Below, piece by piece: positions 15,801-30,800 of a DNA stretch of 46,400 bases. The translations under genes were made by a program, and so were the position numbers. Origin of the DNA: Monocercomonoides exilis PA203 (taxonomy: Eukaryota > Protista > Preaxostyla); contig LSRY02000082.1 in NCBI GenBank assembly GCA_001643675.2, positions 1-46,400 of the forward strand, in the 5' to 3' direction. Below the pieces are notes generated by a model. That model saw only the letters and a program-made list of their open reading frames with translations, was not told the DNA's origin and made no database searches. Position 1 is the stretch's first letter. Each line of letters starts with the position of its first letter.

Positions 15801-18800
15801 CTGATAAAGAAGGAAAAATGACTGAAAAAGGGGGTCATTCAGATAGACTGAAAAAATGAAAATATTTTTTTAAAAAGAAAGAATGACCAGACAACAAAAA
15901 GAATGTGTGTTTGGGAGGTGTTATGACAAAAGTTAAAAAAGAAAAATAAAAACAAATTGCACCTTTCAAAACCTCGGATCGTCAATTCTGAGCAAAATCG
16001 ATAGATTTTGCCTGCCAACACAAAAAATAAAAATTTAAAAAATTGCATAAAAATAACTTACAAACCGAATTGAATGCGAGTTGCTGCGCAACGTGTAACA
16101 ATTGGCGACACACACATATCGCTCGCCTCCACCCCAAATGCTCACCCCTTTTCTGATAAAGAAGGAAAAAATGACTGAAAAAGGGGGTCATTCAGATAGA
16201 CTGAAAAAATGAAAATATTTTTTTAAAAAGAAAGAATGACCAGACAACAAAAAGAATGTGTGTTTGGGAGGTGTTATGACAAAAGTTAAAAAAGAAAAAT
16301 AAAAACAAATTGCACCTTTCAAAACCTCGGATCGTCAATTCTGAGCAAAATCGATAGATTTTGCCTGCCAACACAAAAATAAAAATTTAAAAAATTGCAT
16401 AAAAATAACTTACAAACCGAATTGAATGCGAGTTGCTGCGCAACGTGTAACAATTGGCGACACACACATATCGCTCGCCTCCACCCCAAATGCTCACCCC
16501 TTTTCTGATAAAGAAGGAAAAATGACTGAAAAAGGGGGTCATTCAGATAGACTGAAAAATGAAAATATTTTTTTAAAAAGAAAGAATGACCAGACAACAA
16601 AAAGAATGTGTGTTTGGGAGGTGTTATGACAAAAGTTAAAAAAGAAAAATAAAAACAAATTGCACCTTTCAAAACCTCGGATCGTCAATTCTGAGCAAAA
16701 TCGATAGATTTTGCCTGCCAACACAAAAATAAAAATTTAAAAAATTGCATAAAAATAACTTACAAACCGAATTGAATGCGAGTTGCTGCGCAACGTGTAA
16801 CAATTGGCGACACACACATATCGCTCGCCTCCACCCCAAATGCTCACCCCTTTTCTGATAAAGAAGGAAAAAATGACTGAAAAAGGGGGTCATTCAGATA
16901 GACTGAAAAAATGAAAATATTTTTTTAAAAAAGAAAGAATGACCAGACAACAAAAAGAATGTGTGTTTGGGAGGTGTTATGACAAAAGTTAAAAAAGAAA
17001 AATAAAAACAAATTGCACCTTTCAAAACCTCGGATCGTCAATTCTGAGCAAAATCGATAGATTTTGCCTGCCAACACAAAAATAAAAATTTAAAAAAATT
17101 GCATAAAAATAACTTACAAACCGAATTGAATGCGAGTTGCTGCGCAACGTGTAACAATTGGCGACACACACATATCGCTCGCCTCCACCCCAAATGCTCA
17201 CCCCTTTTCTGATAAAGAAGGAAAAATGACTGAAAAAGGGGTCATTCAGATAGACTGAAAAATGAAAATATTTTTTTAAAAAAGAAAGAATGACCAGACA
17301 ACAAAAAGAATGTGTGTTTGGGAGGTGTTATGACAAAAGTTAAAAAAGAAAAATAAAAACAAATTGCACCTTTCAAAACCTCGGATCGTTAATTCTGAGC
17401 AAAATCGATAGATTTTGCCTGCCAACACAAAAAAATAAAAATTTAAAAAATTGCATAAAAATAACTTACAAACCGAATTGAATGCGAGTTGCTGCGCAAC
17501 GTGTAACAATTGGCGACACACACATATCGCTCGCCTCCACCCCAAATGCTCACCCCTTTTCTGATAAAGAAGGAAAAATGACTGAAAAAGGGGGTCATTC
17601 AGATAGACTGAAAAATGAAAATATTTTTTTAAAAAGAAAGAATGACCAGACAACAAAAAGAATGTGTGTTTGGGAGGTGTTATGACAAAAGTTAAAAAAG
17701 AAAAATAAAAACAAATTGCACCTTTCAAAACCTCGGATCGTCAATTCTGAGCAAAATCGATAGATTTTGCCTGCCAACACAAAAATAAAAATTTAAAAAA
17801 TTGCATAAAAATAACTTACAAACCGAATTGAATGCGAGTTGCTGCGCAACGTGTAACAATTGGCGACACACACATATCGCTCGCCTCCACCCCAAATGCT
17901 CACCCCTTTTCTGATAAAGAAGGAAAAATGACTGAAAAAGGGGGTCATTCAGATAGACTGAAAAATGAAAATATTTTTTTAAAAAGAAAGAATGACCAGA
18001 CAACAAAAAGAATGTGTGTTTGGGAGGTGTTATGACAAAAGTTAAAAAAGAAAAATAAAAACAAATTGCACCTTTCAAAACCTCGGATCGTCGAATTCTG
18101 AGCAAAATCGATAGATTTTGCCTGCCAACACAAAAAAATAAAAATTTAAAAAATTGCATAAAAATAACTTACAAACCGAATTGAATGCGAGTTGCTGCGC
18201 AACGTGTAACAATTGGCGACACACACATATCGCTCGCCTCCACCCCAAATGCTCACCCCTTTTCTGATAAAGAAGGAAAAATGACTGAAAAAGGGGGTCA
18301 TTCAGATAGACTGAAAAAATGAAAATATTTTTTTAAAAAGAAAGAATGACCAGACAACAAAAAGAATGTGTGTTTGGGAGGTGTTATGACAAAAGTTAAA
18401 AAAGAAAAATAAAAACAAATTGCACCTTTCAAAACCTCGGATCGTCAATTCTGAGCAAAATCGATAGATTTTGCCTGCCAACACAAAAAATAAAAATTTA
18501 AAAAATTGCATAAAAATAACTTACAAACCGAATTGAATGCGAGTTGCTGCGCAACGTGTAACAATTGGCGACACACACATATCGCTCGCCTCCACCCCCA
18601 AATGCTCACCCCTTTTCTGATAAAGAAGGAAAAAATGACTGAAAAAGGGGTCATTCAGATAGACTGAAAAATGAAAATATTTTTTTAAAAAAGAAAGAAT
18701 GACCAGACAACAAAAAGAATGTGTGTTTGGGAGGTGTTATGACAAAAGTTAAAAAAGAAAAATAAAAACAAATTGCACCTTTCAAAACCTCGGATCGTCA

Positions 18801-21800
18801 ATTCTGAGCAAAATCGATAGATTTTGCCTGCCAACACAAAAAATAAAAATTTAAAAAATTGCATAAAAATAACTTACAAACCGAATTGAATGCGAGTTGC
18901 TGCGCAACGTGTAACAATTGGCGACACACACATATCGCTCGCCTCCACCCCAAATGCTCACCCCTTTTCTGATAAAGAAGGAAAAAATGACTGAAAAAGG
19001 GGGTCATTCAGATAGACTGAAAAATGAAAATATTTTTTTAAAAAGAAAGAATGACCAGACAACAAAAAGAATGTGTGTTTGGGAGGTGTTATGACAAAAG
19101 TTAAAAAAGAAAAATAAAAACAAATTGCACCTTTCAAAACCTCGGATCGTCAATTCTGAGCAAAATCGATAGATTTTGCCTGCCAACACAAAAAAATAAA
19201 AATTTAAAAAAATTGCATAAAAATAACTTACAAACCGAATTGAATGCGAGTTGCTGCGCAACGTGTAACAATTGGCGACACACACATATCGCTCGCCTCC
19301 ACCCCAAATGCTCACCCCTTTTCTGATAAAGAAGGAAAAATGACTGAAAAAGGGGTCATTCAGATAGACTGAAAAATGAAAATATTTTTTTAAAAAGAAA
19401 GAATGACCAGACAACAAAAAGAATGTGTGTTTGGGAGGTGTTATGACAAAAGTTAAAAAAGAAAAATAAAAACAAATTGCACCTTTCAAAACCTCGGATC
19501 GTTAATTCTGAGCAAAATCGATAGATTTTGCCTGCCAACACAAAAAAATAAAAATTTAAAAAATTGCATAAAAATAACTTACAAACCGAATTGAATGCGA
19601 GTTGCTGCGCAACGTGTAACAATTGGCGACACACACATATCGCTCGCCTCCACCCCAAATGCTCACCCCTTTTCTGATAAAGAAGGAAAAAATGACTGAA
19701 AAAGGGGGTCATTCAGATAGACTGAAAAAATGAAAATATTTTTTTAAAAAAGAAAGAATGACCAGACAACAAAAAGAATGTGTGTTTGGGAGGTGTTATG
19801 ACAAAAGTTAAAAAAGAAAAATAAAAACAAATTGCACCTTTCAAAACCTCGGATCGTCGACATTCTGAGCAAAATCGATAGATTTTGCCTGCCAACACAA
19901 AAATAAAAATTTAAAAAATTGCATAAAAATAACTTACAAACCGAATTGAATGCGAGTTGCTGCGCAACGTGTAACAATTGGCGACACACACATATCGCTC
20001 GCCTCCACCCCAAATGCTCACCCCTTTTCTGATAAAGAAGGAAAAATGACTGAAAAAGGGGGTCATTCAGATAGACTGAAAAATGAAAATATTTTTTTAA
20101 AAAAGAAAGAATGACCAGACAACAAAAAGAATGTGTGTTTGGGAGGTGTTATGACAAAAGTTAAAAAAGAAAAATAAAAACAAATTGCACCTTTCAAAAC
20201 CTCGGATCGTCAATTCTGAGCAAAATCGATAGATTTTGCCTGCCAACACAAAAAATAAAAATTTAAAAAATTGCATAAAAATAACTTACAAACCGAATTG
20301 AATGCGAGTTGCTGCGCAACGTGTAACAATTGGCGACACACACATATCGCTCGCCTCCACCCCAAATGCTCACCCCTTTTCTGATAAAGAAGGAAAAATG
20401 ACTGAAAAAGGGGGTCATTCAGATAGACTGAAAAATGAAAATATTTTTTTAAAAAGAAAGAATGACCAGACAACAAAAAGAATGTGTGTTTGGGAGGTGT
20501 TATGACAAAAGTTAAAAAAGAAAAATAAAAACAAATTGCACCTTTCAAAACCTCGGATCGTTAATTCTGAGCAAAATCGATAGATTTTGCCTGCCAACAC
20601 AAAAAATAAAAATTTAAAAAATTGCATAAAAATAACTTACAAACCGAATTGAATGCGAGTTGCTGCGCAACGTGTAACAATTGGCGACACACACATATCG
20701 CTCGCCTCCACCCCAAATGCTCACCCCTTTTCTGATAAAGAAGGAAAAAATGACTGAAAAAGGGGGTCATTCAGATAGACTGAAAAAATGAAAATATTTT
20801 TTTAAAAAGAAAGAATGACCAGACAACAAAAAGAATGTGTGTTTGGGAGGTGTTATGACAAAAGTTAAAAAAGAAAAATAAAAACAAATTGCACCTTTCA
20901 AAACCTCGGATCGTCAATTCTGAGCAAAATCGATAGATTTTGCCTGCCAACACAAAAAATAAAAATTTAAAAAATTGCATAAAAATAACTTACAAACCGA
21001 ATTGAATGCGAGTTGCTGCGCAACGTGTAACAATTGGCGACACACACATATCGCTCGCCTCCACCCCAAATGCTCACCCCTTTTCTGATAAAGAAGGAAA
21101 AATGACTGAAAAAGGGGGTCATTCAGATAGACTGAAAAAATGAAAATATTTTTTTAAAAAGAAAGAATGACCAGACAACAAAAAGAATGTGTGTTTGGGA
21201 GGTGTTATGACAAAAGTTAAAAAAGAAAAATAAAAACAAATTGCACCTTTCAAAACCTCGGATCGTCAATTCTGAGCAAAATCGATAGATTTTGCCTGCC
21301 AACACAAAAATAAAAATTTAAAAAATTGCATAAAAATAACTTACAAACCGAATTGAATGCGAGTTGCTGCGCAACGTGTAACAATTGGCGACACACACAT
21401 ATCGCTCGCCTCCACCCCAAATGCTCACCCCTTTTCTGATAAAGAAGGAAAAATGACTGAAAAAGGGGGTCATTCAGATAGACTGAAAAATGAAAATATT
21501 TTTTTAAAAAAGAAAGAATGACCAGACAACAAAAAGAATGTGTGTTTGGGAGGTGTTATGACAAAAGTTAAAAAAGAAAAATAAAAACAAATTGCACCTT
21601 TCAAAACCTCGGATCGTCAATTCTGAGCAAAATCGATAGATTTTGCCTGCCAACACAAAAAATAAAAATTTAAAAAATTGCATAAAAATAACTTACAAAC
21701 CGAATTGAATGCGAGTTGCTGCGCAACGTGTAACAATTGGCGACACACACATATCGCTCGCCTCCACCCCAAATGCTCACCCCTTTTCTGATAAAGAAGG

Positions 21801-24800
21801 AAAAATGACTGAAAAAGGGGGTCATTCAGATAGACTGAAAAAATGAAAATATTTTTTTAAAAAGAAAGAATGACCAGACAACAAAAAGAATGTGTGTTTG
21901 GGAGGTGTTATGACAAAAGTTAAAAAAGAAAAATAAAAACAAATTGCACCTTTCAAAACCTCGGATCGTCAATTCTGAGCAAAATCGATAGATTTTGCCT
22001 GCCAACACAAAAAATAAAAATTTAAAAAATTGCATAAAAATAACTTACAAACCGAATTGAATGCGAGTTGCTGCGCAACGTGTAACAATTGGCGACACAC
22101 ACATATCGCTCGCCTCCACCCCAAATGCTCACCCCTTTTCTGATAAAGAAGGAAAAATGACTGAAAAAGGGGGTCATTCAGATAGACTGAAAAATGAAAA
22201 TATTTTTTTAAAAAAGAAAGAATGACCAGACAACAAAAAGAATGTGTGTTTGGGAGGTGTTATGACAAAAGTTAAAAAAGAAAAATAAAAACAAATTGCA
22301 CCTTTCAAAACCTCGGATCGTTAATTCTGAGCAAAATCGATAGATTTTGCCTGCCAACACAAAAAAATAAAAATTTAAAAAATTGCATAAAAATAACTTA
22401 CAAACCGAATTGAATGCGAGTTGCTGCGCAACGTGTAACAATTGGCGACACACACATATCGCTCGCCTCCACCCCAAATGCTCACCCCTTTTCTGATAAA
22501 GAAGGAAAAATGACTGAAAAAGGGGGTCATTCAGATAGACTGAAAAATGAAAATATTTTTTTAAAAAGAAAGAATGACCAGACAACAAAAAGAATGTGTG
22601 TTTGGGAGGTGTTATGACAAAAGTTAAAAAAGAAAAATAAAAACAAATTGCACCTTTCAAAACCTCGGATCGTCAATTCTGAGCAAAATCGATAGATTTT
22701 GCCTGCCAACACAAAAAAATAAAAATTTAAAAAATTGCATAAAAATAACTTACAAACCGAATTGAATGCGAGTTGCTGCGCAACGTGTAACAATTGGCGA
22801 CACACACATATCGCTCGCCTCCACCCCAAATGCTCACCCCTTTTCTGATAAAGAAGGAAAAATGACTGAAAAAGGGGGTCATTCAGATAGACTGAAAAAA
22901 TGAAAATATTTTTTTAAAAAGAAAGAATGACCAGACAACAAAAAGAATGTGTGTTTGGGAGGTGTTATGACAAAAGTTAAAAAAGAAAAATAAAAACAAA
23001 TTGCACCTTTCAAAACCTCGGATCGTCAATTCTGAGCAAAATCGATAGATTTTGCCTGCCAACACAAAAAAATAAAAATTTAAAAAATTGCATAAAAATA
23101 ACTTACAAACCGAATTGAATGCGAGTTGCTGCGCAACGTGTAACAATTGGCGACACACACATATCGCTCGCCTCCACCCCAAATGCTCACCCCTTTTCTG
23201 ATAAAGAAGGAAAAATGACTGAAAAAGGGGGTCATTCAGATAGACTGAAAAATGAAAATATTTTTTTAAAAAAGAAAGAATGACCAGACAACAAAAAGAA
23301 TGTGTGTTTGGGAGGTGTTATGACAAAAGTTAAAAAAGAAAAATAAAAACAAATTGCACCTTTCAAAACCTCGGATCGTCAATTCTGAGCAAAATCGATA
23401 GATTTTGCCTGCCAACACAAAAAATAAAAATTTAAAAAATTGCATAAAAATAACTTACAAACCGAATTGAATGCGAGTTGCTGCGCAACGTGTAACAATT
23501 GGCGACACACACATATCGCTCGCCTCCACCCCAAATGCTCACCCCTTTTCTGATAAAGAAGGAAAAATGACTGAAAAAGGGGGTCATTCAGATAGACTGA
23601 AAAAATGAAAATATTTTTTTAAAAAAGAAAGAATGACCAGACAACAAAAAGAATGTGTGTTTGGGAGGTGTTATGACAAAAGTTAAAAAAGAAAAATAAA
23701 AACAAATTGCACCTTTCAAAACCTCGGATCGTCAATTCTGAGCAAAATCGATAGATTTTGCCTGCCAACACAAAAAAAAATAAAAATTTAAAAAATTGCA
23801 TAAAAATAACTTACAAACCGAATTGAATGCGAGTTGCTGCGCAACGTGTAACAATTGGCGACACACACATATCGCTCGCCTCCACCCCAAATGCTCACCC
23901 CTTTTCTGATAAAGAAGGAAAAATGACTGAAAAAGGGGGTCATTCAGATAGACTGAAAAATGAAAATATTTTTTTAAAAAAGAAAGAATGACCAGACAAC
24001 AAAAAGAATGTGTGTTTGGGAGGTGTTATGACAAAAGTTAAAAAAGAAAAATAAAAACAAATTGCACCTTTCAAAACCTCGGATCGTCAATTCTGAGCAA
24101 AATCGATAGATTTTGCCTGCCAACACAAAAAAAAATAAAAATTTAAAAAATTGCATAAAAATAACTTACAAACCGAATTGAATGCGAGTTGCTGCGCAAC
24201 GTGTAACAATTGGCGACACACACATATCGCTCGCCTCCACCCCAAATGCTCACCCCTTTTCTGATAAAGAAGGAAAAAATGACTGAAAAAGGGGGTCATT
24301 CAGATAGACTGAAAAAATGAAAATATTTTTTTAAAAAGAAAGAATGACCAGACAACAAAAAGAATGTGTGTTTGGGAGGTGTTATGACAAAAGTTAAAAA
24401 AGAAAAATAAAAACAAATTGCACCTTTCAAAACCTCGGATCGTCGAATTCTGAGCAAAATCGATAGATTTTGCCTGCCAACACAAAAAATAAAAATTTAA
24501 AAAATTGCATAAAAATAACTTACAAACCGAATTGAATGCGAGTTGCTGCGCAACGTGTAACAATTGGCGACACACACATATCGCTCGCCTCCACCCCAAA
24601 TGCTCACCCCTTTTCTGATAAAGAAGGAAAAATGACTGAAAAAGGGGGTCATTCAGATAGACTGAAAAATGAAAATATTTTTTTAAAAAAGAAAGAATGA
24701 CCAGACAACAAAAAGAATGTGTGTTTGGGAGGTGTTATGACAAAAGTTAAAAAAGAAAAATAAAAACAAATTGCACCTTTCAAAACCTCGGATCGTCAAT

Positions 24801-27800
24801 TCTGAGCAAAATCGATAGATTTTGCCTGCCAACACAAAAAATAAAAATTTAAAAAATTGCATAAAAATAACTTACAAACCGAATTGAATGCGAGTTGCTG
24901 CGCAACGTGTAACAATTGGCGACACACACATATCGCTCGCCTCCACCCCAAATGCTCACCCCTTTTCTGATAAAGAAGGAAAAATGACTGAAAAAGGGGG
25001 TCATTCAGATAGACTGAAAAAATGAAAATATTTTTTTAAAAAGAAAGAATGACCAGACAACAAAAAGAATGTGTGTTTGGGAGGTGTTATGACAAAAGTT
25101 AAAAAAGAAAAATAAAAACAAATTGCACCTTTCAAAACCTCGGATCGTTAATTCTGAGCAAAATCGATAGATTTTGCCTGCCAACACAAAAAAAAATAAA
25201 AATTTAAAAAATTGCATAAAAATAACTTACAAACCGAATTGAATGCGAGTTGCTGCGCAACGTGTAACAATTGGCGACACACACATATCGCTCGCCTCCA
25301 CCCCAAATGCTCACCCCTTTTCTGATAAAGAAGGAAAAAATGACTGAAAAAGGGGGTCATTCAGATAGACTGAAAAATGAAAATATTTTTTTAAAAAGAA
25401 AGAATGACCAGACAACAAAAAGAATGTGTGTTTGGGAGGTGTTATGACAAAAGTTAAAAAAGAAAAATAAAAACAAATTGCACCTTTCAAAACCTCGGAT
25501 CGTCGAATTCTGAGCAAAATCGATAGATTTTGCCTGCCAACACAAAAAATAAAAATTTAAAAAATTGCATAAAAATAACTTACAAACCGAATTGAATGCG
25601 AGTTGCTGCGCAACGTGTAACAATTGGCGACACACACATATCGCTCGCCTCCACCCCAAATGCTCACCCCTTTTCTGATAAAGAAGGAAAAATGACTGAA
25701 AAAGGGGGTCATTCAGATAGACTGAAAAAATGAAAATATTTTTTTAAAAAGAAAGAATGACCAGACAACAAAAAGAATGTGTGTTTGGGAGGTGTTATGA
25801 CAAAAGTTAAAAAAGAAAAATAAAAACAAATTGCACCTTTCAAAACCTCGGATCGTTAATTCTGGAGCAAAATCGATAGATTTTGCCTGCCAACACAAAA
25901 AATAAAAATTTAAAAAATTGCATAAAAATAACTTACAAACCGAATTGAATGCGAGTTGCTGCGCAACGTGTAACAATTGGCGACACACACATATCGCTCG
26001 CCTCCACCCCAAATGCTCACCCCTTTTCTGATAAAGAAGGAAAAATGACTGAAAAAGGGGGTCATTCAGATAGACTGAAAAAATGAAAATATTTTTTTAA
26101 AAAAGAAAGAATGACCAGACAACAAAAAGAATGTGTGTTTGGGAGGTGTTATGACAAAAGTTAAAAAAGAAAAATAAAAACAAATTGCACCTTTCAAAAC
26201 CTCGGATCGTTAATTCTGAGCAAAATCGATAGATTTTGCCTGCCAACACAAAAAAATAAAAATTTAAAAAATTGCATAAAAATAACTTACAAACCGAATT
26301 GAATGCGAGTTGCTGCGCAACGTGTAACAATTGGCGACACACACATATCGCTCGCCTCCACCCCAAATGCTCACCCCTTTTCTGATAAAGAAGGAAAAAT
26401 GACTGAAAAAGGGGGTCATTCAGATAGACTGAAAAAATGAAAATATTTTTTTAAAAAAGAAAGAATGACCAGACAACAAAAAGAATGTGTGTTTGGGAGG
26501 TGTTATGACAAAAGTTAAAAAAGAAAAATAAAAACAAATTGCACCTTTCAAAACCTCGGATCGTCAATTCTGAGCAAAATCGATAGATTTTGCCTGCCAA
26601 CACAAAAAATAAAAATTTAAAAAATTGCATAAAAATAACTTACAAACCGAATTGAATGCGAGTTGCTGCGCAACGTGTAACAATTGGCGACACACACATA
26701 TCGCTCGCCTCCACCCCAAATGCTCACCCCTTTTCTGATAAAGAAGGAAAAAATGACTGAAAAAGGGGGTCATTCAGATAGACTGAAAAAATGAAAATAT
26801 TTTTTTAAAAAGAAAGAATGACCAGACAACAAAAAGAATGTGTGTTTGGGAGGTGTTATGACAAAAGTTAAAAAAGAAAAATAAAAACAAATTGCACCTT
26901 TCAAAACCTCGGATCGTCAATTCTGAGCAAAATCGATAGATTTTGCCTGCCAACACAAAAAAAATAAAAATTTAAAAAATTGCATAAAAATAACTTACAA
27001 ACCGAATTGAATGCGAGTTGCTGCGCAACGTGTAACAATTGGCGACACACACATATCGCTCGCCTCCACCCCAAATGCTCACCCCTTTTCTGATAAAGAA
27101 GGAAAAATGACTGAAAAAGGGGGTCATTCAGATAGACTGAAAAATGAAAATATTTTTTTAAAAAAGAAAGAATGACCAGACAACAAAAAGAATGTGTGTT
27201 TGGGAGGTGTTATGACAAAAGTTAAAAAAGAAAAATAAAAACAAATTGCACCTTTCAAAACCTCGGATCGTCAATTCTGAGCAAAATCGATAGATTTTGC
27301 CTGCCAACACAAAAAATAAAAATTTAAAAAATTGCATAAAAATAACTTACAAACCGAATTGAATGCGAGTTGCTGCGCAACGTGTAACAATTGGCGACAC
27401 ACACATATCGCTCGCCTCCACCCCAAATGCTCACCCCTTTTCTGATAAAGAAGGAAAAATGACTGAAAAAGGGGGTCATTCAGATAGACTGAAAAAATGA
27501 AAATATTTTTTTAAAAAGAAAGAATGACCAGACAACAAAAAGAATGTGTGTTTGGGAGGTGTTATGACAAAAGTTAAAAAGAAAAATAAAAACAAATTGC
27601 ACCTTTCAAAACCTCGGATCGTTAATTCTGAGCAAAATCGATAGATTTTGCCTGCCAACACAAAAAATAAAAATTTAAAAAATTGCATAAAAATAACTTA
27701 CAAACCGAATTGAATGCGAGTTGCTGCGCAACGTGTAACAATTGGCGACACACACATATCGCTCGCCTCCACCCCAAATGCTCACCCCTTTTCTGATAAA

Positions 27801-30800
27801 GAAGGAAAAAATGACTGAAAAAGGGGGTCATTCAGATAGACTGAAAAAATGAAAATATTTTTTTAAAAAAGAAAGAATGACCAGACAACAAAAAGAATGT
27901 GTGTTTGGGAGGTGTTATGACAAAAGTTAAAAAAGAAAAATAAAAACAAATTGCACCTTTCAAAACCTCGGATCGTTAATTCTGAGCAAAATCGATAGAT
28001 TTTGCCTGCCAACACAAAAAAATAAAAATTTAAAAAATTGCATAAAAATAACTTACAAACCGAATTGAATGCGAGTTGCTGCGCAACGTGTAACAATTGG
28101 CGACACACACATATCGCTCGCCTCCACCCCAAATGCTCACCCCTTTTCTGATAAAGAAGGAAAAAATGACTGAAAAAGGGGGTCATTCAGATAGACTGAA
28201 AAAATGAAAATATTTTTTTAAAAAGAAAGAATGACCAGACAACAAAAAGAATGTGTGTTTGGGAGGTGTTATGACAAAAGTTAAAAAAGAAAAATAAAAA
28301 CAAATTGCACCTTTCAAAACCTCGGATCGTTAATTCTGAGCAAAATCGATAGATTTTGCCTGCCAACACAAAAAATAAAAATTTAAAAAATTGCATAAAA
28401 ATAACTTACAAACCGAATTGAATGCGAGTTGCTGCGCAACGTGTAACAATTGGCGACACACACATATCGCTCGCCTCCACCCCAAATGCTCACCCCTTTT
28501 CTGATAAAGAAGGAAAAAATGACTGAAAAAGGGGGTCATTCAGATAGACTGAAAAAATGAAAATATTTTTTTAAAAAAGAAAGAATGACCAGACAACAAA
28601 AAGAATGTGTGTTTGGGAGGTGTTATGACAAAAGTTAAAAAAGAAAAATAAAAACAAATTGCACCTTTCAAAACCTCGGATCGTCAATTCTGAGCAAAAT
28701 CGATAGATTTTGCCTGCCAACACAAAAAAAAATAAAAATTTAAAAAATTGCATAAAAATAACTTACAAACCGAATTGAATGCGAGTTGCTGCGCAACGTG
28801 TAACAATTGGCGACACACACATATCGCTCGCCTCCACCCCAAATGCTCACCCCTTTTCTGATAAAGAAGGAAAAATGACTGAAAAAGGGGTCATTCAGAT
28901 AGACTGAAAAAATGAAAATATTTTTTTAAAAAGAAAGAATGACCAGACAACAAAAAGAATGTGTGTTTGGGAGGTGTTATGACAAAAGTTAAAAAAGAAA
29001 AATAAAAACAAATTGCACCTTTCAAAACCTCGGATCGTTAATTCTGAGCAAAATCGATAGATTTTGCCTGCCAACACAAAAAATAAAAATTTAAAAAATT
29101 GCATAAAAATAACTTACAAACCGAATTGAATGCGAGTTGCTGCGCAACGTGTAACAATTGGCGACACACACATATCGCTCGCCTCCACCCCAAATGCTCA
29201 CCCCTTTTCTGATAAAGAAGGAAAAAATGACTGAAAAAGGGGGTCATTCAGATAGACTGAAAAAATGAAAATATTTTTTTAAAAAGAAAGAATGACCAGA
29301 CAACAAAAAGAATGTGTGTTTGGGAGGTGTTATGACAAAAGTTAAAAAAGAAAAATAAAAACAAATTGCACCTTTCAAAACCTCGGATCGTCAATTCTGA
29401 GCAAAATCGATAGATTTTGCCTGCCAACACAAAAAAATAAAAATTTAAAAAATTGCATAAAAATAACTTACAAACCGAATTGAATGCGAGTTGCTGCGCA
29501 ACGTGTAACAATTGGCGACACACACATATCGCTCGCCTCCACCCCAAATGCTCACCCCTTTTCTGATAAAGAAGGAAAAAATGACTGAAAAAGGGGGTCA
29601 TTCAGATAGACTGAAAAAATGAAAATATTTTTTTTAAAAAAGAAAGAATGACCAGACAACAAAAAGAATGTGTGTTTGGGAGGTGTTATGACAAAAGTTA
29701 AAAAAGAAAAATAAAAACAAATTGCACCTTTCAAAACCTCGGATCGTCAATTCTGAGCAAAATCGATAGATTTTGCCTGCCAACACAAAAAAATAAAAAT
29801 TTAAAAAAATTGCATAAAAATAACTTACAAACCGAATTGAATGCGAGTTGCTGCGCAACGTGTAACAATTGGCGACACACACATATCGCTCGCCTCCACC
29901 CCAAATGCTCACCCCTTTTCTGATAAAGAAGGAAAAATGACTGAAAAGGGGGTCATTCAGATAGACTGAAAAAATGAAAATATTTTTTTAAAAAAGAAAG
30001 AATGACCAGACAACAAAAAGAATGTGTGTTTGGGAGGTGTTATGACAAAAGTTAAAAAAGAAAAATAAAAACAAATTGCACCTTTCAAAACCTCGGATCG
30101 TTAATTCTGAGCAAAATCGATAGATTTTGCCTGCCAACACAAAAAATAAAAATTTAAAAAATTGCATAAAAATAACTTACAAACCGAATTGAATGCGAGT
30201 TGCTGCGCAACGTGTAACAATTGGCGACACACACATATCGCTCGCCTCCACCCCAAATGCTCACCCCTTTTCTGATAAAGAAGGAAAAATGACTGAAAAA
30301 GGGGGTCATTCAGATAGACTGAAAAATGAAAATATTTTTTTAAAAAAGAAAGAATGACCAGACAACAAAAAGAATGTGTGTTTGGGAGGTGTTATGACAA
30401 AAGTTAAAAAAGAAAAATAAAAACAAATTGCACCTTTCAAAACCTCGGATCGTCAATTCTGAGCAAAATCGATAGATTTTGCCTGCCAACACAAAAAAAT
30501 AAAAATTTAAAAAAATTGCATAAAAATAACTTACAAACCGAATTGAATGCGAGTTGCTGCGCAACGTGTAACAATTGGCGACACACACATATCGCTCGCC
30601 TCCACCCCAAATGCTCACCCCTTTTCTGATAAAGAAGGAAAAAATGACTGAAAAAGGGGGTCATTCAGATAGACTGAAAAAATGAAAATATTTTTTTTAA
30701 AAAAAGAAAGAATGACCAGACAACAAAAAGAATGTGTGTTTGGGAGGTGTTATGACAAAAGTTAAAAAAGAAAAATAAAAACAAATTGCACCTTTCAAAA